From: Sphagnum compactum
Lineage: Eukaryota
Direction of reading: 5' to 3'
NCBI GenBank assembly: GCA_965153455.1
Contig: OZ234493.1
Span: 35,020,213-35,084,212 of the forward strand
Length of the DNA: 64,000 nt
Shown: piece by piece, positions 26,301 to 38,492 of the stretch
Numbering within the stretch: position 1 is the first letter of the stretch
How the letters are laid out: the number at the start of each line of letters is the position of its first letter
Position numbers and translations under genes: made by a program
Notes under the pieces: model-generated
Seen by the model: only the letters and a program-made list of their open reading frames with translations
What the model was told of the DNA's origin: nothing
Database searches by the model: none

Positions 26301-29300
26301 AGGACAGTCTCAAGCAGAATCTCAGTTCGAGGTGTGCCGAGAGCCCCTGTTGATGCATTTAATGTCCTATTATCTCTCCCCTTTTTGCCAGTTCTTCGCT
26401 TGTAAGTTGCAGAAGTGGTCTTAGCTACTCCAGGCAAGTGATTTGTGTCAGATGCACAGCAAACTTGCTCAATAGCATCCAATGACTGATTCAGTGGAAG
26501 ACTACATGGCACTGCTGCTTCCTTGAGGCTGTTATCCATATTGACTTGCTCCTGAGATCTATGTGCATTTGGACCCACCTGCAAAAAAAACCAGTTGATT
26601 TATCTCCAGCTTTCCGAAATGTTCAGGAAGTGATAAGCAAATACACATACAGGGCATCTGCAATATAATGTCATTCCTCTTGTTAGTATACAAAATTAAC
26701 CCAGTGTTGTTGAGCTAATATAGGAAGATACAACGTCTCGTTTAAGAGCATCCAACCTGATCTCTGGAAGGGCTGCAGTTGAGCTCAGGGGAGCATGGCC
26801 GCTGTGTCCAGTCAAATATAAGACTATCACAGCTGTCACCTTCCTTGGCTACCTCATCCTGGAAAGTTCCGTCATCAGCATCCTTGAGGTCACTGAAAGC
26901 TGGTTGAAGAGCATTGAATTTTGATTGAGATACAAAGGGAACTGAGGCTCCAGCTTGGGTCACCTCAAGTTCTTCATTTCCCCCATCCTTCAGCCAGAAG
27001 AAGGGAGAAAGATTTGGGCTGAAAACTTCCTCAACATGTTGGTGAATGGATCGCACATCTCTAACCTGCACAGATGGAGCTTCCTCATTGATGGCTGCAT
27101 CTAATCCACAGACATCTTCAAGGTCTTCACCTGGCTGGGACAGAACTCTTTGAGCTTGCTCTGCTAATGGAATGTGCACAACTGGAGTAGCCTCACACAG
27201 TTTTTGAATGTCCTGATCCTCTCCATTTAGCTCTTTCTGATGCTGGAGTTTCCTGCGTGTCATATTCTTGCTTTGAATCTTGTCACCACGGTATACAGTA
27301 GGCTTTGCCAATTTTGGACTTTTTGAAGCCCCAAACATAGTCTTGTAGCCGCTCTTATTTGTGAAGGTACTTGGAGAGGCACCATCTAAGCTAACTTCCC
27401 CATGTTGAGGAACATGAACTCTCTTCTTAGCAGGTACCACACCCTTCATTTGCTGCAATGGACTGACCATCTCCCTCCCTATGACATTCATCAATTCCTG
27501 TTGCTGAATTCTGCGTGATGAATGTACCAGTACATCTTCATTAGATATATCAGTGAGTGCTTGGGTGGTTTTGCGTTTTCTCCTCTTCTTGAGAGGACCA
27601 GGTCCAGAGCTTCCTTCTGGACCTTTATCAAGTAGACGAGTTCCTTTGGGTTCAACTGGCTTGCCTGGACGTTGATCTAGCTTCCTTCTGCCTTCAGCTT
27701 GAGCTCCTGTGCCAAGATAATCAGGAGAACCTAAGTAGCCTGACCTTGGAACACATGAATATTCAAGAATATCATGGCACAAATCACATGGAACAGATGC
27801 CACTATTCCATATGACAACATACTACATATTAAGCATACAAGAGATCACTACCCACTATGCAGACATCTTTGTCAGGGCAGTTATTGACAGTTGGATAAG
27901 CACATGGGCAGGTTTGAACTGAAGGATATACCCTGAGCAGGTTCTGAGAGAGTCGGCTGGGATGCAAAGAAATTCATTCCAAGAACACTCTCCATATGAC
28001 AATAGGCACCCACAAGGTTGTCCATATGGGGTGCAGCCCGAACCTCTGTAAGCCATAGCCAACATTAGCTGGAGCATGTCTCTGGCAGCTTACATTGCAT
28101 GTCTCTGTATCAGATTGCAACACTTAAATGTGTCCACATGCACATAACTCTTCTGTGATCATGTCCATCAGTATGCAGCACAGGCAAGGAGAAGAGATGA
28201 CATTGCATCATTGGCTCGACAGAAAGGAGACTACAACAGCTGCAAGAACCAATGTCATCATCCAACTTCAATTCAAGAATGCCTGAGGTTTGCTAGCTCC
28301 AAATCCCAAGATTGCTAAATGGGTATTTGAACCAGCATGCTGCTGCACTCAAATCCACACATTTCTTCACATCCTAACTACATGTCATGTTCACTCACTG
28401 AGCTAATTGTGTCTGCTTCAGCAGGAATTGAAGATCTTACCTCGCCGAGTTGTTGGAAGCTTGCAGATTGGACAACAAGATGATCTCTTTAAGGATTGCA
28501 ATATACAAACACTGTTACCACCCAATGACAGCCACACCCAATTCTGAAAATGACAGAACCCTGATCGGCTTGTGTAGACCCCATCATTATAAATACAAGA
28601 GTAGCTCAAATTACAATAACAATCAGACCAAGCATGTAAGAATGCAACTGCAGAAGGACTTCAAGCCTGCAACTACATGTGCAAAAACTGGATAATAGTA
28701 AGAATCATGGCAATAGTAGGAGGACAATAAATCTCTTCTTGTGAATTGCACAAAAAAGTCCAGCAAACTTACTTGCAAAAGGTATGATTGCAGGAAAGTG
28801 CAGCTGCCTGTCTGAAGAGGCTCAAGCTACAATTGTCAATGAAAAACGATCGTCTGTCAAATTCTCCATCAAATCAAGTGAAGAGAAATGGGAAGAGGCT
28901 GCAGAAAACAAGGAAATTCGTACCGGTACCTATTCTTCCCTCCAGTGCACACTTCCAAACCGCGAGACCTAACACGGGAGACAAAGTAGGACAACCACAA
29001 CGAAGAAGAAGAAAACGACGATAATGATGATGACGAGGAGAAAGACCTAATACCGAAAACAAAACTGGGACGACGACGACGAAGAAGAAGAATAAGAAAA
29101 TGATGATGAGGAGGAGGAGGAGAAGAAAACCCTAATACCGAAAGAAAAAATATGAGACGGCGACGAAGAAGAAGAGATGATGATGATGGCGATGAGTAGG
29201 AGAAAACCCCAATACCGCAAGCACGCAAAAATAGGATGACGGTGACGACGAGGAAGACGAAGAAGAAGAAGAGGAAGACAATGATGATGAGAAGCCTTAC

Positions 29301-29428
29301 CATATGGCGCACTTGAGCTCTCGGCCCATGATTTCCAGCTGCGGACCAGCACCGCTTCCGCCAGTGTGCTGCTCGGCAGCACAATCCACCGCGTTTTCTA
29401 CTCCCTCTTCCACCACCAACGCCATCAT
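23321..29428 (-). CDS. BRCA1: BRCA1-like protein (RING, extended PHD, tandem BRCT), 12 exons
   Basis: Approximate exons 29428-29301, 28826-28773, 28511-28441, 28045-27932, 27742-26757, 26579-25732, 25549-25479, 25237-25054, 24896-24630, 24464-24299, 24113-23995, 23686-23321. RING LEIMGRELKCAICLSL..CNHTFC..CPICK..APHMDNLV; plant BRCA1 motifs LSPFFWL and DWTQRPCSPEL; PHD CAFC..HKLCAEWAPEVYF..CSSCGKKGAALGC; BRCTs VTHVIA..RTLKYLMAILEGKWI and WLLDSAA. Confidence 0.93.
28960..29295. repeat. ~80-bp degenerate tandem repeat (~4 copies) within BRCA1 intron 1
   Basis: cctaa(t/c)accg-like anchor at about 28967, 29046, 29131, 29208, each followed by GAC/GAA/GAT triplet runs. One copy contains AAACCCTAA (29127-29135). 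Confidence 0.75.
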
Positions 29429-29701
29429 CGCTCTCGTCCACCCCCCCCTTCTCCTTCCCACCTTCGCTAATAAATTCTGAATAATCCAACTTTTTCTCCT
29501 CTTCCACACCACTGCACGCGCGCGAGCTCGACACGATCGCCCAAAGCCCTCGACTCGTAGAAGAGCGTTTTGCTGAAAGAACCGAACTCGCGGAAGAAAG
29601 AAAGAAAGAAAGAAAGAAATCAACCGGCAATTCTTCCGCGAAGAAATCGAGCGACTCAAAAGACGGCCAACACCATTTCGTTCTCGAATTTTGAATTCGA
29701 G

Positions 29702-29732
29702 TTTCCCGCCAGTTCCGTACATTTTGGCGGGA
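29702..29732. promoter_or_regulatory. Pair of E2F-type sites in the BRCA1 upstream region
   Basis: TTTCCCGCC at 29702-29710 and TTTGGCGGGA at 29723-29732 match the E2F consensus TTTSSCGS, ~275-300 bp upstream of the ATG. Confidence 0.7.
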
Positions 29733-30459
29733 GCCCTTTTTGTTTGTATTCTCTCGCGGCCACGTACTACTAGGCATTATGCAGGTCGTGTTATACACGA
29801 GAATTGGACTGGGCCGATTCTGCACTTCACAGAATGACCATCCTCTCTGTAATTAACAGAGCAATTCGAGGGGGGTTTATTTGGGGGTGGGGACAAACTA
29901 CCTTCCTTCATAGATAAATAGTGCCTAATTATAAAATATTATTATTTGAATTGCCAAAAGTAAATGATAAAAAATATAATTATATTATTATTATTATTAT
30001 GAAAATAAGTTCCATTCAAATGAAAATATTTGGATATAACCTACTTATGACCATTAAGCAAACTCGGCATGAAGAGCTTAATAAATATAAGATTGGCAAC
30101 ATAGGCCATTCATGGACTATTTACCTAGCCTTGACCTTAAAATTCAAAAAATACAATAAATAAATAAATAACATTAATGATTTTTATTTTTTATTTTTTT
30201 TCAAAAAATCATTTTAGACCATGTGTGTTGTGTGGTTGTAAATTCCAAATATCATGTTAACTAAAAAAAAATCCATCTCAATTTAGAAAGGGATTTTGAG
30301 GATATTAAACCATGCATCAACCTTGAATTGGAAGAAGAGGTTAATTTTTGCCCAAGGGTAACACTACTCAATCATCATGTGAAATACAATAAACTTGTTT
30401 GTAAAGTTAGTGAAACTCAATAGCAAAACCTTGAGTTTGGTCAATCATTAAATTTATAT

Positions 30460-30565
30460 GACTACAAATGGCATAAGCAATCAATAAATGGCATAAGTAA
30501 TAAATATAATTTAATTACAAATGGCATAAGTGACAAGTATAATTCAATTACAAATGGCACAAGTG
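30460..30565. repeat. Short tandem repeat containing aaatggcataag (3-4 copies)
   Basis: tacaaatggcataag... recurs near 30463, 30486, 30516, 30549. Confidence 0.7.
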
Positions 30566-32726
30566 ATTTGTTTAATTGAAAAGGATCAATCATGGATGTC
30601 ATGTTTTTATGTAATAGAATTTGACTTTAATACAATTGCACCCCAAAAAAATGAAAAAAATTCAAATTTTGTCTCAAATCAAATAATAGCATGAATTTCC
30701 TCCTACACTATGTCCTTTGCAATGGTTTCATTGTAAGTGTTGGAGCTTAGCCTACTAGAAATTTTGTGATTATGATTTGAAAGAACATGAATCACTTGGA
30801 AAAAAATTTGGTTGTTGAAGATTTGCTAGAAATTTTGTGATTTGGAAAAGAAAGCTATTTTGAAATTTGTTGTGATTTGGAGTCCAAAATTTGTTGTTGG
30901 TGTGAAGGGCTTGAGATTTGTCTTGTTGGTTGGAAGTTCATTTACATGTATCTTTATTGTGATTTGGGGAAATGAAAGTTGCTTTAAAATTTGTTATAAT
31001 TTGAAGCTAAATTTTTTTCATTGCGATGGGCTTGCAATTTGTTTTGTGGTTTGGAGCTACTTTGAAATTTGTTGCAATTTGGAGTTGAATGTTGCGAGGG
31101 GCTTGAAATTTGTTTCGATTTGTTTTTAGGTTTACATGTGTCTTTGTGTAGTTAGATCACTTCGACATTTGTTGTGAGATGAAGTTGGGTGTTATTTAGG
31201 GTTTTAAATGTGTGCAAACATGTGTTCTTTTTGTTTTTGTGATTTGGAAAAATGAAAGGAGCGGATCTTAATTGTGGGTGTGTTTTTGTTTATTGTGATT
31301 CAAAAAAGTAGGAGGAGCGATTTAAAAATGTGTGTGTGTGCATGTGATTTTTTTATTTTTATTTTTTAAATTTTTGGTTCCTTGCCATTTGGAAAAGTGG
31401 GAAGAATTGTTCATATTTTGCTCTTTCGTTAAATGAAGAGTACAAAAAAAATTTGTGTGTGATTGTCTTTTTGTTGCTTGTCATTTAGAAAAGTGAGAGG
31501 AATGGTTCCAATTTTGCTTCTTTTTTTTGTTGAGCGAAGATTGCAAGAGAAAAAGCATGTCATCGCATGTTGATTTTTGAACATAAGGTGATTTTTAAAA
31601 TAATTGAAATCTCCACATGAAAGGCAAATGCAAGCCCCAAATACAAAGTGATTTTATGGATAATTTTATTATGGACATGAATTGCAAGAATACATGCCAA
31701 AGGATACGCAAACACCATTTAAATTGGTTCCGGTCATAGGGAAGAGACTACACATTGGTGTAAGATTTGAACATAAAATTTTTTATTCAAATTTCACCCA
31801 ATGAGCAAATGAAATTTAGAATATGATGTGTGCATATGATCGATGGAAATGTTAGATAGAATTGCTTGAATTTAAATAAGAAATTTTAGATTGAATTTTT
31901 TTTTTGTCGTTCCAAGTTTGAACCATAAAGGCCAAAATCATTGCACAATGAACTACTCGTATTATGGCTAATTCACTTGCTTATCCATTCCACTAATCCT
32001 ATCCAATGCATCAATTAAGAAATTTTAACAATTTTCACAATTCAACTAATTATATCACGAACTTACCTCTAAAAAGATATAAAATGAAAGTTTAGGTTTC
32101 ATTTTAGTGGAATTTAATTTATAAAATGAAATCTCTAAAAATCTTCCCTTGCATAATCATGTCACAAAGGCAACCAAATTAGATCCCCAAGTTCAGAATT
32201 TAAAACACTACTAAGTCATTTTTGAAAAAAGAAAAATTGCTAAATTATCACACAAAAAATTGTTGATTAGAATAATTATTTGTGAATATAGACATGCAAA
32301 CAAGCACAATACATGTTGTTAATACAAGAGTGTGAGGCTATAAGTGTTAACCCAAAGTTCTTAACTAATTAACTAACTAACTTGTTTTAGGTAGGTTTAG
32401 GGTAAGTTGGATGAAGATTTTGTTGCAAATTGCAATAATAAATAACTAGTAAAGATACTCTACTCACAAGTTACAACAAGGGGGTGGTGTGTCACAATGT
32501 GGCCTTGCCATTTACATTAAAACCTATCTCTCTTAAGGCAAAAGAATAATTACGGGAACTCTAATATTTCACCCGGCCAAAATATACCTAATCTTCACAA
32601 AAATCCTCTCAAAAAAACCCAAAATCCTTCAAGATATTATAATTCTATATAACTAATCTCAAGTTTTAACACAAGCCCAAAATATATCATCTTTCTTAAA
32701 AAATCCTCATATAATAAAATTAGGCC

Positions 32727-32807
32727 TATTATTTATTACCTAGGGGCCTATAAAAGTCCCTTAAGCTATTATTATTACCTTGGGGCCTATAAAAGTCCCT
32801 TAAGCTA
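32727..32807. repeat. ~40-bp direct duplication upstream of LPEAT1
   Basis: tattacct(a/t)ggggcctataaaagtcccttaagcta occurs twice in tandem. Confidence 0.8.
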
Positions 32808-33180
32808 AACACAACAATTTCCTTCTTGCCTTGGTAGGCAAGGCCCACAAAGAAAGTGGAAACGAGACGGAAGTTTCACTTCATCCAAGCTACGCTATGT
32901 AGGTATAGTCTTTATTAGGGTTTGTGACGGATTCGTGGCGCTCGCTATTTTTCTTTTTTTTTCCCTCCCGTTGTGTGTGAGTGAGTTCAGTCCGGTTCAC
33001 TCATTCGATCTCGGGGAGATGGGATTTGTCGAATTTCCTCGAGGGTTTTTTTATTTTGTTTTTGGATGTTTGTAATGTAATGATCGCGATTTGAAGCCGG
33101 CATGATTTCTAGTTTCTCTCAAATTGTTTTGCAATTTTTGAAAAAAAAAATTTGGGTGCTGGCTTTTGGGTGTAACAACA

Positions 33181-36100
33181 ATGGTGAACCCTTTGAAGGA
33201 AATGGAGCTTCTGAGGAGAGTGAAGAAGGAGGAGGAGGAGGAGGATGAGAAGGATGAGAAGGAGGAGCAAGAGACGATTGCTTCCGCATCAAAGAAAGCT
33301 GAGTCTTCTTCTTTTTCTTCTTCTTCTGCTGCTGTTGCTGCTGGGGTACCTCAAGATGGAAGCCTTGGTCGACCATTTGAGAAACAAAAGATGCAAGAGA
33401 GCTTTGAGAGACATCATCATCGCGTGACTGGTGCGGGAGGAGTTGAAGTGGAGGAGAACTCGGAGGACACGCTTCCCACTGTATCGGGATTTATGGATAG
33501 CGGAGGAGGAGGAGGAGGAGGAGGCGAAGGAATGGATCAAGATCAGTCGCCTCTTTTGGGGAAACATCATAACGGCAGGAGTGAGGAAATTCAGCAGGAA
33601 AGTACTAGTTCCAAAGCAGCAGCAGCAGCATCATCATCATCTGAGGCAGTAGAAGTAGCAGCTCAAACCGTGAAGGAGATGGAGGTGAAATATGCAGCGT
33701 ATATGCGACATGACATATATGGCAACTGGGGCATGAACAGTGTGCCAGTTTTGGAGAAAGTGAAATTGCTCCTGGCTCTTCTTACATTGTGTCCAATTCG
33801 ATTCTGTTTGCTGTTATTCTTTCTGGTGGTTTTCTACCTAATCTGCAAGGTTTGTACTCTTCGGGTAGTGGCATCATCCAATGATGAAGGGCAAGAGAGC
33901 TTTGCGCATATGACAGGCGCACGGCGAGCCATTGTTGTTCGATCTGGCAGGTTTCTTGCTCGGGTCATGTTGTTTGTATTTGGATTTTACAACATTCATG
34001 TGGTTCATCGCACACCTGATCGTCAACTCCTTCATCTTGGAGCTGCTGCATCCTCACATGAAAGGAAGGTGAGCACTTGCTCCTCTCATCACCATTATAT
34101 CTGTAACTCTTGAACCAGTGTATGATCTTCATGTCTGTGGCACCCTAAGCCTCTCAATAATGCCTGAAAATTTCTTAAGGAGATTTTGATGGTAGCAGTT
34201 CACAAAGAGGGATACTGATGTGGATGATGGCAGTCCTATTTATCTCCCCAGCAAGCACCTCTGGGATAAAGATAGACAGGCAACTATCACCTTCACCATC
34301 TTCTAAGATTTCGACAAATGTATCATATCAGGCAAATTCAACAAGAAACCTTGAAAGCTTTCACCTAAGTGGAAATGGCATTCTGGCCAATTTTGTGGCC
34401 ATAGTAGGACTGGTTGTCTCTTGACGAATAGGTCTTTATGCGAATTTTGCAAACTCTTGGGTCATCTGACCATTCTATATGTATGTGCCTCTTTATGTGG
34501 TTGGTAGATTATCCAAAGATCCTTATGCCATACTCCCAGTCCATCCTTAACCCTCTTCCAACTTCACTGAGTTGCTTCAAGGAGGTAGCCCTTTCAGTAA
34601 TGAGTCTTTCTGTTGCTTCTCAGAATGCCACAGAAACTCAGGACACAGAGTTTATATAATTGTTCGCCTGAAATTTTGAGTAGAGTAATATATTTACCTA
34701 CAACCATCATCCAGAGTTGGTCAAATCACTGGGGATTAATGGCAGCTAGTCACTGCTGTTCATAATGGAGGTGACAGTCAAATACTTTGTTAGTGGCACA
34801 GATGATTATGACTGCTCTAGTTCTTGTCATGTTTGTTTTGGTTTTGCAGGAATTGATGCAACAGTTATCTTCAAAGTTTTGTTGTTGGATTTTTTGTGCA
34901 ATAATATTGATACTCTTGCATATTCTTTTTTGCTCACTTCAAAAATTTCTGGAAGGTGCCATACTAAGTGAAGCAGCTAGCTGGTGTGCAGGATGATGAG
35001 GAAGAAGAGGAAGAGGAGCAGTTTGGGGCTATAGTATCCAATCATGTCTCGTATTTGGATATTCTGTACCACATGTCTGCTTCCTTTCCCAGTTTTGTTG
35101 CAAAAGTAAGCCACATCCCTTGCCTTTTTTTTGTGTTGCAGTGCTTATCTGCTTAAGAAGTAATTTTACTTTCATGGTTGCACTATCTTATTTGCCCTGA
35201 ACTGTTCTTTCTGTACCTTTAGGACAATCAAGACATGTGTCAGATCATTCTGTATTATGTCTGTAATGTTCCTTTGTTGTTCCACACCTTCAAACCTTGA
35301 ACTAGAAAAGAGAATATCCTTCACCCCTCTCAGATTGGATGATTCAAGTCATGGTGGAAAGCACCTATGCAGAATTGATTGAGTGGCTGATCTATTAATA
35401 TGATCATAGGTTTCATCATCCCTTAAATATTGCAATGTTCTCAATGGATCCAGTCTATTATTGACAATGTTGTGTTTACCTCCCAAAGTAAGGTGACTGT
35501 TCTCTTTAGCACTTGGAGCCTGGTGAGACTCTTACCTTGGAGTTCTTCTGGTGTGCATGTGTCATTGGAAAGAGATCAGTGGGGAAGCTGCCTTTGGTTG
35601 GTTTGATCAGGTTTGTCATCCTCCCATCAGTAATAAGCTGAACTGAAGTTTTGCTGTTTCAGGATTGTCAATCCCATGATTGATTCATGTAATTCATGAG
35701 GATTCATCTCTCCTATTGAGTTGGTTATGTATTGCCTTCCTTCCAGTTTCAATACACGCTCATGATGTCTCAATAGTTTATGGAGTTGTAGACCCATTGA
35801 CAAAGGTGTGGGTATTGATTGGGCCATCACAGTAAATGCCTTGGTTGTGTATATGTTCAACGGGAATCCAAGTCTTCTGATTTCAAGGGGGTTTCAGGTA
35901 AAATTCTCCAGTATTCATGTAGCTGCTGGAGGGTATGGTTAGATGATCTCAGTTTGTAAATAGCAGCTGATGTATGTTCAAGTGTTCTTGTTTCTGTCCT
36001 GTTCTTTCATTTGACATATATTCACTTTGCTATTGTTCCTCTCAGCATTGGTTTCTGAACGGTTACAAGCTGCTTATGGTGACCCAACTGCGCCAGCAGT

Positions 36101-37126
36101 TCTGTTATTTCCAGGTATAGATCACCATTCTCCCTCTTCACATATTCTTCTGGTAGGTGTCATTCCCTTCATGCGGTTCCCACCAGCAGTTGAACTTTTG
36201 TGCACAAGGCTACACTAGTTTACAATCGTCTGGTCTCAATGTTGGGGAACCAGATGCTGATGTTGCAGCTTTCCCTGATGGACAGAGGGCACTACAACGA
36301 ATGGAGATTACTTGCTGCCTTTCAAAACAGGAGCTTTTTTGGCCCAAACACCAGTTAAACCAGTGATTCTAAAGTACCCATACAAGCGTTTCAGCCCTGC
36401 CTGGGATACCATCTCTGGGGCAAGTGCCTGCTTACTTCCCAAGTTTCTGCAGTTGACTGTTCTAAGTATGTATTTCAGGCTGGGTCAATGTTTGAGATGT
36501 GCTGCTAAATTGATTTTGCACTCTGCAGTTTCGGCATTTGGTGATCTTGATGTGCCAGTTTGTGAACCACATGGAAGTTATTCAGCTACCAGTATACTCT
36601 CCATCTGAAAAGGAGTTAACTGATCCCAAACTGTATGCCAACAATGTCCGTGTTCAAATGGCAGTGGAGGTGATTTCAAACTTTTTGTCATTATGTTCTT
36701 TTTGTTGACAAAATTTTTCCTTTAGGCAGGCCTGTCCATCCCTTAGTCATAGATGCTTGCTTGTACAGGGGCAAGCTAAAATGAAATGGAGCTTATTCTC
36801 ACAAGTTGCAGCTTGGATTGAGGATACTACTTGACTTGAGTCCTGGCCAACATCATGAATGAGTCTTCCCTCTGGATGTGAGGATGTGAACGTTTGTATA
36901 TGGTTACCCCTAAAGCCTTTTGAGGGCTTATCAGATCTTGACTCTGTATTGTGTTTGTTGGCTGGCTGATCCTGTTTCTGGACAGGGTAACTTGACTATG
37001 TCAGATATAGGATTGTATGAGAAGCGCATATTCCATTCAGCTCTACTTCGAACCCGGTTTCCCATTGCACCAGCACCTGAAGGCAAGGCTCATTTGACTT
37101 TTACCCAGTTTCTTGTAAGTCTTTAG
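33181..37126 (+). CDS. LPEAT1: Lysophospholipid acyltransferase LPEAT1-like (PlsC family), at least 8 exons
   Basis: Exons 33181-34068, 34992-35105, 35573-35610, 35833-35897, 36046-36114, 36286-36419, 36529-36669, 36986-37126 (alternatively spliced on to ~37172-37250). Motifs AIVSNHVSYLDILYHMSASFPSFVAKRSVGKLPLVGLI, LFPEGTTTNGDYLLPFKTGAF, PVILKYPYKRFSPAWDTISG. Confidence 0.94.
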
Positions 37127-38492
37127 GTAATGTCAAGGAGCTACTAAACTCTTCCTTTCTATCCAGTTTACAGGAGGTCAGTCACCAAATGTAGCTTGTG
37201 CCAAGAATGGGTTATTTTCTGCCTCTCTACCTCTCTCACTGAAAAGCTAGTGTACAGAATCACTATAGTTTCAGGTAGTAGCTCACCATCTACTGATGAA
37301 TGATATGAAGGCTGTCTAATTGTTTCATAATCAGGGTGGTGTAAAATCTCATTTTGGGCTTTGATCAAGAGATCTCAGCATCTCTTTCCTGTACTAAGGC
37401 CTGTTTGCAGCATGCTATTCTGATGGTTTCTTGTTGATCAATTGCAGAGAGCTTTACCAGGACACAGAGTAACTAGCATCCAGCAGATAATTGTCTGGAT
37501 CAGGATGCATGGCTGCAGTACTGATTGTGAAATTACGGAGGGAAACAAGTTGTGATCAGACAGTTGTTACATGTAGCTATTGTTCAAAAGAGACCCTCTT
37601 TGAAGATTTAGAGCTTCCAGAAGGTGGTAGGTGTACATTCCCTATGTAACGGAAGCTGTATGAAGTGGCTTCATTTTTTATCTCTGGTACCAGCAAATTT
37701 GTAGCGGCCATGATGGACTAAGAGCTCCACAGGAGCAGCAGTCTGATTGTAGGTGTGAGTGTCAATTTCAAAACAGTTATTCAGCTTTGTCTAGTGTGAC
37801 TTTGTATTCAGATTCCAACTAGCTGTAAGTAGGTGAAAAAGCTGGTGCACAGTGTTTGAGTGTACTCAACTCCTGACTGGGATAGTAAACCATGTGTTCT
37901 TTTCTATTCAGGTTCCAACCCTAAGCAGGTAAGGACCTAACATGACATTGTGAGGTGCATAGTGCATACTGGGTTGCTTACAGGGTCTACTGCAACAGTG
38001 AACTCTGTTCCTTTCTTGCAATGGCATTGGAACTTTATGAACTTTTACTCACTGTCAAATTGATGCAACCTTCTGTTGTTCCTGGTATTCATTCAACTGG
38101 TCCCAGCAAAGAGTCCTGCTGGTTTTTGGGGGCAACATTGGTTGCAAGAGTTAAGCTCTTGGACAGCATCTTTGCCTTAGAGTAATCATTGAATTTATCA
38201 AATTTATGGTTTTTAACCTAGTAGTGGGGTGCATTTGTTTGAAGTTGATACACAGCTTCCAAGTATGGCCTGTATTCTGCTCTCTGGGTGTATCACTGTA
38301 ACCTTTGAGGAGTTGTGAAGGTGAGATTATTTAGCAGTGCTGCCCTGATGAAATACAGTTACATTCCTAGCACTGGGAATGTAACCAGAATTTATGTTTC
38401 TCAAAATGTCATATGATGATCATCTATAATTTAGGCTTCTTGAAATGTTGTATCTTCTTTGCCACTGCTGCCTATCAAGCAAGTGTATGGTA

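Noticed and set aside
28869..29825. 318-aa minus-strand ORF overlapping the BRCA1 5' end
   Set aside because: Low-complexity product of the triplet-rich intron and GC-rich UTR; the true BRCA1 exon 1 is in another frame.
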